Shown here piece by piece: positions 9,391 through 19,400 of a DNA stretch of 64,000 nt. Each line of letters opens with the position of its first letter. Within the stretch, counting starts at the first letter, position 1. This stretch comes from a virus. A program made the translations under genes and the position numbers. Location: IMG/VR virus record IMGVR_UViG_3300032296_001209, positions 1-64,000 of that record; one strand, written 5' to 3'. The notes beneath the pieces are model-generated. The model saw nothing but the letters and a program-made list of their open reading frames with translations. It had not been told where the DNA came from and searched no databases.

Positions 9391-10113
9391 ATGAATACAA
9401 CACAAACAATAAACATTAGTGAAACACAAAAGAAATTAACTAATAGATTATTAAATACAGACTGGTATAGCGCTCTTAATCACTTCATTACAAAGAGTGA
9501 GTTTGCAGATATACTAGAGAAACTGGTGTATGAAGTTGAGCAGGGTAAAAGATTTGTACCAAAAGTTAAAAATACTTTAAATGCTTTTATTGAGTGTGAA
9601 TTAAAAGACTTAAAAGTTGTTATTATTGGACAAGATCCTTATCCATGGTTACATCATAGTCATCCAGACGGTACAGTAGCAGATGGTTTAGCATTTAGTT
9701 GCGGTAATAGTATGAAAATACAACCATCACTGCAGTATATCTTTGATGCTTTAGGTAAACCTGAAGAAGATAGAAATCCGGATCTTAAATATTTAGCGCA
9801 TCAAGGTGTATTATTATTAAACACTGCACTTACAGTTGAACTAAATAAGCCGGGAACACATCAAGCTATATGGAAGCCATTTATAAACATTGTCATTGAT
9901 ACAATTAATTTTAATAAATCAGATATTGTTTATATATTGCTCGGTAAAGTAGCTCACCAGTTTGAAGATGTTATCTCTGATGAGAATCTAATACTAAAAG
10001 CTTCTCACCCGGCAAGTGCTGCGTATAACAAAGGTGTGTGGGATTGTAATGATGTATTTAACAAAGCTAATGAGCACTTAAAACAAAAAGATAAAACTGT
10101 AATCAAATGGTAA
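9391..10113 (+). CDS. ung: uracil-DNA glycosylase family 1
   Basis: GQDPY, ADGLAFS, QGVLLLN and SHP motifs. Confidence 0.95.
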   Translation: MNTTQTINISETQKKLTNRLLNTDWYSALNHFITKSEFADILEKLVYEVEQGKRFVPKVKNTLNAFIECELKDLKVVIIGQDPYPWLHHSHPDGTVADGLAFSCGNSMKIQPSLQYIFDALGKPEEDRNPDLKYLAHQGVLLLNTALTVELNKPGTHQAIWKPFINIVIDTINFNKSDIVYILLGKVAHQFEDVISDENLILKASHPASAAYNKGVWDCNDVFNKANEHLKQKDKTVIKW

Positions 10114-10304
10114 GAGACTTTATTGACATGGTAATCTGTACTTATATACATAAGAAGTACAAAGAAAAAAACCCAGCTGTTATAGCCAGGTTTCTTAAAT
10201 TTAAATATGGTGTAAGCTGCAGCTTAGATGTTATCAATAAAAGATATCAATTAGAAAAATGCAGTCTTGATTCTGAAGCCAACATAAAGGGCAATAGCAA
10301 CTAA
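10107..10304 (+). CDS. hypothetical protein
   Basis: 65-aa ORF. Confidence 0.55.
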   Translation: MVRDFIDMVICTYIHKKYKEKNPAVIARFLKFKYGVSCSLDVINKRYQLEKCSLDSEANIKGNSN

Positions 10305-10778
10305 AAGACCATAGAGCTCAATCTTTAATTTTTTAATGTCTGAGCTCTTATCTTTTATGATAAGTTCTTGTTCTTTTATGATGCTATCTCTATCAGCAAT
10401 GTCTTTTTCCAATACAGACTCATAAGATTTATCACGGAGTTTTTGTGTTATGGTATTACTTTGTATAATAGTCCTGGTTTTTTCAGGGCAGTAACTAGTA
10501 ATTACACCATTCTTAATACTGATTCTTACATCATTAACTGTAGTATCCAAGTAAACACCTTTTAGACCATCATGAATGATCTTTGTTTCAATCATGGTAT
10601 CAATATCTGTAAAAGTATCAATATGAGTAACGGTATCAATAATGGTATCAACAACGCAAAGCTTTCTTCTGAAGAATTCTTCTTTGGTTTTACTGATATG
10701 TTTTTCTTTGAAAGCAAGTCTAACAGGGTTACATGCAAGTAATGTAATAGCTAATAAGAGTGATAATCGGTATTTCAT
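10251..10778 (-). CDS. putative unimolecular spanin (lipoprotein with C-terminal TM)
   Basis: Lipobox LLAC at residue 16; C-terminal TM LYGLLVAIALYVGF. Confidence 0.6.
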   Translation of the reverse strand: MKYRLSLLLAITLLACNPVRLAFKEKHISKTKEEFFRRKLCVVDTIIDTVTHIDTFTDIDTMIETKIIHDGLKGVYLDTTVNDVRISIKNGVITSYCPEKTRTIIQSNTITQKLRDKSYESVLEKDIADRDSIIKEQELIIKDKSSDIKKLKIELYGLLVAIALYVGFRIKTAFF

Positions 10779-10783
10779 ATAGT

Positions 10784-11095
10784 TTAAATTTTGGTTTTAC
10801 TTAATTCCTGATCTAAATCACAAATCTCTTCGTGTTTAGCAACAGGAACAAAAAAAGGTAACTTTTCTTCAGGTAGCTCACCCTCATTGGATGCTCTCCT
10901 AAAATAGTTACCCTTGATTAGAGCTAAGTCTTTTTCTAAAGACTCAATTCTAGCTTGCTGTGAGCTTGATACCTCTAAAAGACGTTTTATATCTTGCTTC
11001 ATCTCACGGAGATCAGCCCAAATCATCATCCCAAGAATTGAGACAATTGCAGGACTGGCCCAGATTTTAATTCTGTCAATAACGTTTGTTGCCAT
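10784..11095 (-). CDS. single-TM coiled-coil protein (holin/antiholin-like)
   Basis: TM at residues ~10-27 followed by heptad repeats; adjacent to the spanin-like gene. Confidence 0.5.
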   Translation of the reverse strand: MATNVIDRIKIWASPAIVSILGMMIWADLREMKQDIKRLLEVSSSQQARIESLEKDLALIKGNYFRRASNEGELPEEKLPFFVPVAKHEEICDLDQELSKTKI

Positions 11096-11104
11096 GATTA
11101 AAAA

Positions 11105-11160
11105 GGGTTAGCCTCCCTCTGAGATAACCCATCTTTGGAAACCTGCAGATAGAGGAAGGC
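11105..11160 (-). promoter_or_regulatory. structured 5' leader (pseudoknot or switch)
   Basis: GCCTTCCTCT/AGAGGGAGGC, ATCT/AGAT and GGGTTA/TAACCC pairings just upstream of ATG 11095. Confidence 0.55.
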
Positions 11161-11252
11161 ATCCCCACCTAAATTAAAACTATGAATGATAGAAGTTGTC
11201 AAAAGATATACAGATTTCTAGATAGGTTCTTGTGGATACGATGTTAGTGAGT

Positions 11253-11260
11253 TATATTTG
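11253..11260 (+). promoter_or_regulatory. Bacteroidota promoter (-7 TATATTTG; TTG at 11230-11232)
   Basis: Consensus match with a 20-nt spacer, upstream of the replication operon. Confidence 0.7.
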
Positions 11261-11289
11261 TACTCCCACTATTAATATACAAACCAACT

Positions 11290-11745
11290 ATGAAAGAAAC
11301 AATAAAAAGTGAAGAAGTAGAGGAAGAAATTGCAAAATTTAAAAAGCAATTTCAGGAAAAACACGGCATTAAACTAATTGTATTATCTCCTGCAGATAAT
11401 ATACATAGGCTTACAATACCGGAAGCAGCTGAAATTATTAATAGACACCTGGTTAAGTATAGTGCACTGCATTATAAAAAGCCGGCTAAAAAGAAATCTA
11501 GAAGAGAGGATACAGTTATTCACTCACAGGCATTCTGTAAGATTTGTAAAGATCTTAATTATGGACCTAGTGAAATAGCAAGGTTTCTTGATAAGGATCA
11601 TAGTACCGTTATATACTCTATAAGAAAAGCAAGTGACTTATTATCTATAAATGATAACCGGTTCTTGACTGTATATAATTCTGTTAAACGAGAGATAATA
11701 AATAAAATGTATGGAAGAGATATTCAATATTCTGATTCAGAATAA
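11290..11745 (+). CDS. DnaA C-terminal (domain IV) HTH protein
   Basis: SRRED...EIARFLDKDHSTVIYSIRK. Confidence 0.8.
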   Translation: MKETIKSEEVEEEIAKFKKQFQEKHGIKLIVLSPADNIHRLTIPEAAEIINRHLVKYSALHYKKPAKKKSRREDTVIHSQAFCKICKDLNYGPSEIARFLDKDHSTVIYSIRKASDLLSINDNRFLTVYNSVKREIINKMYGRDIQYSDSE

Positions 11746-12298
11746 GATAACTCCTAATCAGCATTACATGCTACATTGTCTCCGGAATAAAATACAACCT
11801 ACTGCTATTAATCCATATGCAGAGGGAAGAGAACTCAAGTTTAAAGGTTTAGTAAATGATAAGTGGGAACTACTCCCAGCTGCCATTGAACTCCTTGATA
11901 AGATAGATGAGTTCTTTCATGTAAAGAAAGAGGAGACAAGTAAAGTAATTGCCGGTGATGATTTTAAAGAGAACATAGTCAAGTATCTGGACCTATTCCC
12001 TAAACGTAAACTACCAAGCGGTAAACTAGCTAGATCAGATAAGAAGAATATAGAGAGTAACTTCAGATGGTTCTTTAAAACCTTTGAGTATTCTTGGGAC
12101 ACTGTTCTTAAAGCAACGGCTCACTATGTAGACGAGTATGAGAAGAAGAATTATCTATACATGCAAACATCACAGTACTTTATCAGTAAGACACAACCGG
12201 ATAAATCCAAAATGTCAGAACTGGCAAACTATTGTGCAATGCTAATAGATGGTGTAGATATGGATGATGATGATCATTTTAAAGAAAGAGTAGTATGA
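11711..12298 (+). CDS. hypothetical replication-module protein
   Basis: 195-aa ORF coupled to the DnaB-like gene. Confidence 0.7.
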   Translation: MEEIFNILIQNKITPNQHYMLHCLRNKIQPTAINPYAEGRELKFKGLVNDKWELLPAAIELLDKIDEFFHVKKEETSKVIAGDDFKENIVKYLDLFPKRKLPSGKLARSDKKNIESNFRWFFKTFEYSWDTVLKATAHYVDEYEKKNYLYMQTSQYFISKTQPDKSKMSELANYCAMLIDGVDMDDDDHFKERVV

Positions 12299-13257
12299 CA
12301 AAAGAGTTATGGATTCCTAGAAAAGATGGCTTTAAGAAAGCTTTAGAGTACATGAAGGGTAGATCTGATGGAGTTATTAAATCCATACAGACACCCTGGG
12401 CTAAATTTAATGATGCTACTACTAATGGTATTGAGTGGAACACACTTAATGTAATTGGTGGTAGACCAGGTGCTGGTAAAACTTTGATTAAAGACCAGAT
12501 TATCCGGGAAGCATTTGCTCTTAACCCAGATACACAGTTTAGAGTACTAGAGTTCAGCTTTGAGATGATTATGCAGACTTCATGCCTGCGTGATTTTAGT
12601 GCAAGTTTAGGTAAGACTTATAAGTATCTGTGTAGTGCAGAGAACAATAAGCTTACCAATGAAGAGCTAGCTCAGTGTTATGAGTTAGCAAAACAGAAGG
12701 TGCACTATCCTATTGACACAGTTGAACAACCTTGTACTGTAAATGAGATGCGTGATATAGTAGATAAATACATCAATGAATATCAGACAAAGACAATTAT
12801 TACATTGGATCACAGTATCCTATTAAAGAAAGCCCCATACCATAGAGACAAATACGAGATGTTATATGAGTTTGGTGAGATGCTTACTGAAATAAAGAGA
12901 GTGTACCCAATTACTATGATTGTTCTTAGTCAGTTAAACAGAAGTGTAGAGTCACCGGAAAGAAATGAAGATGGTAAGTATGGTAACTACATACTTGACT
13001 CTGATATCTTTGGTGGTGATGCTCTATTACAGCACGCTGACTTAGTAGTAGGTCTTAATAGACCCGCAAAACAAAAAATTAAATACTATGGACCTGATAG
13101 ATATATCATTGAAGATGATAAGACTTTGGTTATGCACTTTCTTAAAGCAAGAAATGGTGATAACCGGATGTCATTCTTTAAGGCCCAATTTGAAAAGATG
13201 AGTGTAACAGAAATGGAGACACCAGCAACACAAGAAAGAAGAATTAAAACCGTATGA
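12295..13257 (+). CDS. DnaB-like replicative helicase
   Basis: GRPGAGKT, FSFEM, LDH, LSQLNR and KARNG motifs. Confidence 0.9.
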   Translation: MTKELWIPRKDGFKKALEYMKGRSDGVIKSIQTPWAKFNDATTNGIEWNTLNVIGGRPGAGKTLIKDQIIREAFALNPDTQFRVLEFSFEMIMQTSCLRDFSASLGKTYKYLCSAENNKLTNEELAQCYELAKQKVHYPIDTVEQPCTVNEMRDIVDKYINEYQTKTIITLDHSILLKKAPYHRDKYEMLYEFGEMLTEIKRVYPITMIVLSQLNRSVESPERNEDGKYGNYILDSDIFGGDALLQHADLVVGLNRPAKQKIKYYGPDRYIIEDDKTLVMHFLKARNGDNRMSFFKAQFEKMSVTEMETPATQERRIKTV

Positions 13258-13802
13258 TAAGCACAAAATCAACACAGAAACTTAGTACGGAAGAAAGAAA
13301 GAAGAGGATACAAGACTTGTATGAATACCAAATGGAAAAATTCATGCAGGAGAATGTATCTGAACCTTTATTTATTCCAAAGATGGCCTACAAACCGGCC
13401 ACAAAAGATGAGAAGCACATTACATTCTTTGCCTCTGAGTTAGAGAGAGCAGAGTATTATGAGGTGCCTAAGAATGTATACACTGAATTTATTAGCAGTG
13501 AGTACATTCCTGAAGATCCCAAGCGTACATTGTACAAGTGGGTATTTAATCCACACTGGAGAACAGAGTATGATATCATTGAAGCTACAGAAAGCATTCA
13601 AGAGAGATACATGATCCCTGTTGCGGAACTTAGAATTGTGCAACAGGCTGCTGCACAAAAAGAAATTAAATTGCCATCATTGGATTTAGGTCCTACAGAT
13701 GAGCCCTTTAATATGCTTACAATTAGAGATCTTGCTGCTATCATGCTGAAGAAGCCGGTTAGTAACAAGCAATGGTTAAATGAAATTATAAAATCAAAGT
13801 AA
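13254..13802 (+). CDS. hypothetical protein
   Basis: 182-aa coupled ORF. Confidence 0.75.
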   Translation: MISTKSTQKLSTEERKKRIQDLYEYQMEKFMQENVSEPLFIPKMAYKPATKDEKHITFFASELERAEYYEVPKNVYTEFISSEYIPEDPKRTLYKWVFNPHWRTEYDIIEATESIQERYMIPVAELRIVQQAAAQKEIKLPSLDLGPTDEPFNMLTIRDLAAIMLKKPVSNKQWLNEIIKSK

Positions 13803-13803
13803 T

Positions 13804-14487
13804 ATGGCATCAAGTATCTTAATCATCGCAGAGAGTGGTGCAGGTAAAAGCACAAGTATTGCAAACCTGGACCCAAAAGAAACATTTATTATTAACGTTG
13901 CAAACAAACCACTTCCTTTTAAAGGATGGAAGTCTAAGTACAAAATCTGGAGTAGGGAAGACCAGAGTGGTAACATGTATACAAGACCCATTGCTAAAGA
14001 AATTGAGGCTTGTCTTAAATATGTTAGTGAGAAAAGACCTGAAATTAAAAACATTGTAATAGATGATTTTCAGTACATTTTTGCATTTGAGTATTTTGAA
14101 AGGGCTGAAGAAAAAGGCTATGATAAATTTACTAGCATTGCCAAAAACATGGCAAGCATTGCAAAACTTCCTATTGTACTACGTGAGGACCTACATGTAT
14201 TTTTCTTAACTCATGCGGAAGAGTCTCAAGACTTAGAAGGCAGAAGAAGATTTAAAGCAAAAACAATTGGTAAATTAGTAGACAACAGTTTAACTTTGGA
14301 GGGACTATACTCCATAGTTTTATTTGGTAAAGTAAAGAAAGATAAGGATGGTAATATAAACTATGTATTTGAGACCCAGAACAATGGTGAGAATACATGT
14401 AAGTCACCAGCCGGTATGTTTGAGTCCTTTGAGATTCCCAATGATTTAGAATTTGTAAAACAAGCAATAATTAACTACGAAAATTAA
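13804..14487 (+). CDS. AAA_24/Sak4-like P-loop ATPase
   Basis: AESGAGKSTS, IVIDD, LTH and TCKSP motifs. Confidence 0.8.
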   Translation: MASSILIIAESGAGKSTSIANLDPKETFIINVANKPLPFKGWKSKYKIWSREDQSGNMYTRPIAKEIEACLKYVSEKRPEIKNIVIDDFQYIFAFEYFERAEEKGYDKFTSIAKNMASIAKLPIVLREDLHVFFLTHAEESQDLEGRRRFKAKTIGKLVDNSLTLEGLYSIVLFGKVKKDKDGNINYVFETQNNGENTCKSPAGMFESFEIPNDLEFVKQAIINYEN

Positions 14488-14492
14488 TAACC

Positions 14493-15173
14493 ATGATTAG
14501 CACTAAAGACGTGCAAGCTACAAGTAGCTCGCCAAAGAAAACCCTGAGCCCCGGTGAACACACCGTAAAAATTAACTCTATTGGATTAGAGAGTGTAAGT
14601 TACAAAGCAGGTGCATATCACCTGATTCTTAATGTAGAAGGTCCTGATATGGGATCAGAATTTGAAGGATTCTTAGTAGACAAAGACAAGCCTAATGGTG
14701 CCCGTTACAAGGGTCAGATTGGTAAAGTTAAGTTTAGCTTTTATCCTTTCTCTGATGGTGAAACCAAAACTGGTATCAAGATCAGTAGAGATTTAAGTAT
14801 TTTACGTGCAATACAGCAATTATGTATTGCCGGAAATAAACTTGAGTGGTTTGAAGAAGCAGATGGTAAGTTTGCCACCATTGAAGATTTTGTTAAAGCA
14901 GCCGGTACAATCATTTCTGATGATACCTTATTTAACATGTGTCTCAATGGTAAAGAGTATGAGAAGAATGGTTATATCAACTATGATTTGTTCTTACCAA
15001 AGTCTAGCAAAGAGGCCTATGCATTGGAATCTGCAGCTGCAAGCCCAAGTAAATTAATCTCTTACAACCCTGAGTTGCATATCAAGAAAGCTAAGGTAGA
15101 AACAGTAGCATCATTTGGTGATACTAATCCTTTTACCACAGGTTCTGATACATCTACAGGATTTGAGTTTTAA
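14493..15173 (+). CDS. putative ssDNA-binding protein (DUF669-like)
   Basis: LSPGEHTVKI; acidic/aromatic C-terminal tail; follows the Sak4-like gene. Confidence 0.55.
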   Translation: MISTKDVQATSSSPKKTLSPGEHTVKINSIGLESVSYKAGAYHLILNVEGPDMGSEFEGFLVDKDKPNGARYKGQIGKVKFSFYPFSDGETKTGIKISRDLSILRAIQQLCIAGNKLEWFEEADGKFATIEDFVKAAGTIISDDTLFNMCLNGKEYEKNGYINYDLFLPKSSKEAYALESAAASPSKLISYNPELHIKKAKVETVASFGDTNPFTTGSDTSTGFEF

Positions 15174-15192
15174 GTTTTAAAGTTTATTATAT

Positions 15193-15222
15193 AAAAGGGG
15201 GATTATATGGTCCCCCTTTTTT
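15193..15222 (+). terminator. intrinsic terminator
   Basis: AAAAGGGGGA-TTATATGG-TCCCCCTTTTTT. Confidence 0.85.
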
Positions 15223-15234
15223 ATTATTGCAGTT

Positions 15235-16203
15235 ATGATTAGTACCAAGATCCTAATTCCGGATATAAAGTCAGTACCTATAGCATGGGTATTTGAGCAT
15301 TATTGTAGATTAGATCAGAAGTTAACTGGTCAAGACATTAAGATTAAATCTATCTTTAACCCTAGTGAAAGAACTCCTAGTATGTGTATCTATTTTAAAA
15401 AAGATAGAGAGAAATACTACTACAAAGATTTCTCTACAGATAAGGGTGGTGATTGTGTTGATTTAGTACAGCAGATACTTGGTATAGATACCCGGTTAAA
15501 TACAATGCATAAGATTGTAAGAGATTACAATGAGTTTGTATTGCATAATAACGGTGGTTATGACTTACAGGTATTTAAACAATACAACAAATACAAGATA
15601 GATAGATATGAGATACGGCAGTGGAATACACTAGATAAAAGTTTTTGGGGTAAATACGGTATAGGGTCTAGAATGTTAGAACACTATAACGTAAAGCCAC
15701 TAACTACTTATACCATGTTTAAAGAAGAGGATGGTGTATATAAAGTCTTAAATATTGAAGGCTCTAATATATACGGTTACTTCAAGAAAGATGGTACATT
15801 AGTTAAAATCTATCAGCCTAAAGTACAAAAGAAGAAGTTCTTAAAAGTAAAAGATTACATACAGGGCAGTGAGCAACTATCCGGTAGTGATTCATTAGTG
15901 ATTGTATCCTCTCTCAAAGATGGTATGTGTTTAAAGAAGATGTATCCCCATATAGATTTTCTGGCACCAGATTCTGAGAATACTATGATCAAGAAAGAGT
16001 ATCTAGATAGTATTAGTAGCAACTACAAGACATGCTATATACTGTTTGATAATGATGAGGCCGGTAACAGATCTACTGTAAAGTATTGTAATCAATTTAA
16101 TTATCTGAAACCTTTATATTTGCAGTTATCTAAAGACATCTCTGATTCAGTAATGGACCACGGATATCTCAAAGTAAAAGAATATATAGATAGTAAGTTA
16201 TGA
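15235..16203 (+). CDS. DNA primase (DnaG/Toprim)
   Basis: Degenerate N-terminal zinc-binding region (ERTPS..YKDFS...GD); FDNDEAG and KDISD motifs. Confidence 0.85.
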   Translation: MISTKILIPDIKSVPIAWVFEHYCRLDQKLTGQDIKIKSIFNPSERTPSMCIYFKKDREKYYYKDFSTDKGGDCVDLVQQILGIDTRLNTMHKIVRDYNEFVLHNNGGYDLQVFKQYNKYKIDRYEIRQWNTLDKSFWGKYGIGSRMLEHYNVKPLTTYTMFKEEDGVYKVLNIEGSNIYGYFKKDGTLVKIYQPKVQKKKFLKVKDYIQGSEQLSGSDSLVIVSSLKDGMCLKKMYPHIDFLAPDSENTMIKKEYLDSISSNYKTCYILFDNDEAGNRSTVKYCNQFNYLKPLYLQLSKDISDSVMDHGYLKVKEYIDSKL

Positions 16204-16577
16204 CAACATTTATTATACCGGGTAATACACCCTCTAGTAAGAATGGTAGAGTATGGACAGGCAGATACAGTATAGCAAGTGCAGCCACAAGAAAGTGGAA
16301 ACTTGCAACTGATGAACACTGGAAATCACAAGCTAAACAGTTTAGAAAAGAATCTAAAGATCTTGGTAAACCATTGTATATAGAGTTTAAGTTCTATAGA
16401 AAGAGCAGACATAAGTTTGACTTGATTAACATAGCACAGGCTGTACAAGATGCAATGGTAAACTATGATTGGATAGATGATGATAACGCTGATGAACTAG
16501 TGCCAGTATTTGCTACTTATGAGTATGATAATAAAAACCCAAGAGTTGAAATTAAAATCCTAAAGAAATGGAAGTAA
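16200..16577 (+). CDS. RusA-like Holliday junction resolvase
   Basis: PSSKN, DLIN...QDAM..IDDD and NPRVEI motifs. Confidence 0.75.
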   Translation: MTTFIIPGNTPSSKNGRVWTGRYSIASAATRKWKLATDEHWKSQAKQFRKESKDLGKPLYIEFKFYRKSRHKFDLINIAQAVQDAMVNYDWIDDDNADELVPVFATYEYDNKNPRVEIKILKKWK

Positions 16578-16795
16578 AAAAGAAGATTAAGGTAATGTAC
16601 GCTTTTAGTCAAGCTGCGGCTCTTTATGTAGACATTCATGGTTGGGATGCATTGTTTAGTAATAAACATGAATCAATGCAGGTAGACTATGATTATGGTA
16701 TTAAGGAATTTGATACCAAGAAAGAAGCAGAGGCTTATGTTAGTGGTGTAAATGATGCAAACGGTTGGACAGACCCTGTAGCAGAGATTGTGTGA
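16568..16795 (+). CDS. hypothetical protein
   Basis: 75-aa ORF. Confidence 0.65.
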   Translation: MEVKKKIKVMYAFSQAAALYVDIHGWDALFSNKHESMQVDYDYGIKEFDTKKEAEAYVSGVNDANGWTDPVAEIV

Positions 16796-17052
16796 AAGAA
16801 TCAGATTTAAAAGAAATTAGAAAGGCTTATATATTAGCCAAAGCACTTAATGTGCAGTATCAATTTATTAGAGAACTTGTAAATCCAGAACTTAAAAAAT
16901 CTGTAAACGAGGCAAAAGCTAAGAACTCCCATGTGATCAAGATTGTAAATAATTATTTCTCTAAGAGAAATGTTACAGGCTCATTTATAGATCAGGAAGA
17001 AGAATTAGCATTTCAGTTTTTAGAGGAACTGGATAAAATTACAAAACTTTAA
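16792..17052 (+). CDS. hypothetical protein
   Basis: Probable GTG start overlapping the upstream TGA. Confidence 0.6.
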   Translation: MKESDLKEIRKAYILAKALNVQYQFIRELVNPELKKSVNEAKAKNSHVIKIVNNYFSKRNVTGSFIDQEEELAFQFLEELDKITKL

Positions 17053-17065
17053 ACCCAAACTTACT

Positions 17066-18205
17066 ATGAAAAAAGACGAAGAACTGGCATTAGCCGGGAA
17101 AGAACTTATGCTTGAACAACCCTTCTATGGTATGTTCTTGATAGGTCTTAACAAAGAATGGAATAACAGAATTCCAACTGCTGGTGTAAGCAAACACAAC
17201 ATTAATTATAAGCTTGTGATTAACTCAGATTTCTGGGCTAGTCTACCACATGACCACAAGAAAGGTCTATTGTGGCATGAGCTTCTACATATTGTGTTTG
17301 ATCACCTTAACTTACGGGATGAGTTTGCAGACAAGAAGTTATTTAACATAGCTGCTGACTGTGAGCTTAATCAGTACATTACTCTAAGCTGTCTTCCAGA
17401 TGGTGCTATCTTACCTAGTTCATTTCCTAACTTGAGACTTGATTACAAAGCAGGTACTAGATACTATTATGATATGCTACAAAAGAATCAAGATGATGAA
17501 GATGTACAAAACATGATAGGTAATGGTGATGATATGCATCCTACATGGGAAGAGTTTGATAACCTAAGTGATTCTGAAAAGAAATTACTTAAGTCTCAAG
17601 CTGAGTATCAACTTAGAGAGGCAGCAGAAGAGTGTCTAAAAGCTAGAGGTCATTTACCTGGAGAAATTAGTGAGATTTATAAAAGAATCACTGCAGTTAC
17701 TCCAAGTAAATTTAACTGGAAAGCTTATCTGAGAAGATTTGCTGGTAACTCTTACATTGTTGAGACTAAGTTATCTAGAAAGAAGATTAACAAGAGATAT
17801 CCGGATGCTCCCGGAATGAAATTTAAACCCAAGAAACATATCTTGGTTGCAATAGATACATCTGGTAGTGTGAGCAATGATGAACTTATAGAGTTCTTCA
17901 ATGAAATTAAACACATGCATAAAACCGGAACAGAGATTACAGTATTACAGTGTGATACAGAGATTACTAGTGTTGAGAGTTATAACCCTAAGAAGGATGT
18001 AGAAGTCAAAGGCCGTGGAGGTACTGAGTTTGATCCCGTACTAGAATATTATAACAAGAATACTAAAAGATACACATGTCTTATTTATTTAACAGATGGT
18101 GAATGTTATACAACAGTTACACCAAGAGGTAGAATGCTTTGGGTTATTTCTTCAAAAGCCCAAATCAATGAGCAACTACCCGGTCCCCAAATTCAATTAA
18201 ATTAA
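17066..18205 (+). CDS. zincin metallopeptidase plus VWA domain protein (DUF2201-like)
   Basis: HELLH, NIAAD, MIDAS DTSGS, GRGGT and LTDG motifs. Confidence 0.88.
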   Translation: MKKDEELALAGKELMLEQPFYGMFLIGLNKEWNNRIPTAGVSKHNINYKLVINSDFWASLPHDHKKGLLWHELLHIVFDHLNLRDEFADKKLFNIAADCELNQYITLSCLPDGAILPSSFPNLRLDYKAGTRYYYDMLQKNQDDEDVQNMIGNGDDMHPTWEEFDNLSDSEKKLLKSQAEYQLREAAEECLKARGHLPGEISEIYKRITAVTPSKFNWKAYLRRFAGNSYIVETKLSRKKINKRYPDAPGMKFKPKKHILVAIDTSGSVSNDELIEFFNEIKHMHKTGTEITVLQCDTEITSVESYNPKKDVEVKGRGGTEFDPVLEYYNKNTKRYTCLIYLTDGECYTTVTPRGRMLWVISSKAQINEQLPGPQIQLN

Positions 18206-18218
18206 AAACCCTAAAAAC

Positions 18219-19400
18219 ATGGCACAAGTAAAATTAAACAGCGCTGAATTAAAAGATTTCATTAAGCACGTAATTAACAACAACAGATTCATTCAAGGTC
18301 AAGGTAAAGTACCAACAGCTTTGAATGTAGTAGGTAATGCAGGTCTTGGTAAAACTACAATTGTCTCTAACCTTGCAAAAGAAGAGGGTATGCAGTTTGT
18401 AAAAATTAACCTTGCAATGATAGAAGAGTTATCAGACCTAGTAGGATTTCCAGTTAAGGAATTCCAGATTGGTAAAGATACTCCTGATGGTCTTAAGACT
18501 AAGTGGGTAACTGAGATGGAAGCTGAGCTAGCAGTTAAGGCCGGGTTTAAACTAACCGGTGCAAGGCGCACTGCTTATTGTGCACCTGAATGGATTTCTG
18601 GTAAAGGTGAGTCTGGTATCTTATTATTAGATGACTACACTCGTGCAGATCCTAGAATGATCCAAGCATGTATGGATTTGATTAACACTCAGGAGTATAT
18701 CTCATGGAAGTTACCTAAAGACTGGACTATCATCCTAACTACTAACCCTGATGGTGGTGACTATCACGTAAATAGTATGGACGTAGCACAAACTACTCGC
18801 TTTATTTCTTGTGACTTAAAGTTTGATGTAGACTGTTGGGCACAGTGGGCAGAAGAAACAGCTATGGATGGTAGATGTATTAACTTCATCTTGAAGCATC
18901 CAGAAGTTGTTACTGAGTCTACTAACCCGCGTGCAATTACTACATTCTTTAATGCTATCTCTAGCTTTGAGAAGTTTGAAGATAATCTACCTATGATCCA
19001 AATGATTGGTGAAGGTTCTGTTGGTGCAGACATGACTAGCTTGTTTACTTTGTTTATCAATAACAAACTGGACCAGTTGATGTCTCCTAAAGACATTATC
19101 TTACATGACAATGAGGACTATATTGTAGGTACTTTGAAGTCTACAGTTGGTAGAGGTGACGATTACCGGGCAGACATTGCTAGTATTATGAGTACTAGGA
19201 TTGTAAACTTTGCCTTGGCGCACTTCAAAACAAATCCTATGAAGAGTGAAGTAATTAAACGTTTTGAGAAATTAGTGGTGGATGAGATATTTGCTATTGA
19301 CCTTAAGTATATGATTGTAAGAAATCTTATTAATGGTAACAAGCAGAAATTTCAAAAGCTTATGTTGAACGATAAAGTTATGGAGTACACAATCCGATGA
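18219..19400 (+). CDS. MoxR-like AAA+ ATPase
   Basis: GNAGLGKT, LLLDD, TTNP; paired with the VWA gene. Confidence 0.85.
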   Translation: MAQVKLNSAELKDFIKHVINNNRFIQGQGKVPTALNVVGNAGLGKTTIVSNLAKEEGMQFVKINLAMIEELSDLVGFPVKEFQIGKDTPDGLKTKWVTEMEAELAVKAGFKLTGARRTAYCAPEWISGKGESGILLLDDYTRADPRMIQACMDLINTQEYISWKLPKDWTIILTTNPDGGDYHVNSMDVAQTTRFISCDLKFDVDCWAQWAEETAMDGRCINFILKHPEVVTESTNPRAITTFFNAISSFEKFEDNLPMIQMIGEGSVGADMTSLFTLFINNKLDQLMSPKDIILHDNEDYIVGTLKSTVGRGDDYRADIASIMSTRIVNFALAHFKTNPMKSEVIKRFEKLVVDEIFAIDLKYMIVRNLINGNKQKFQKLMLNDKVMEYTIR

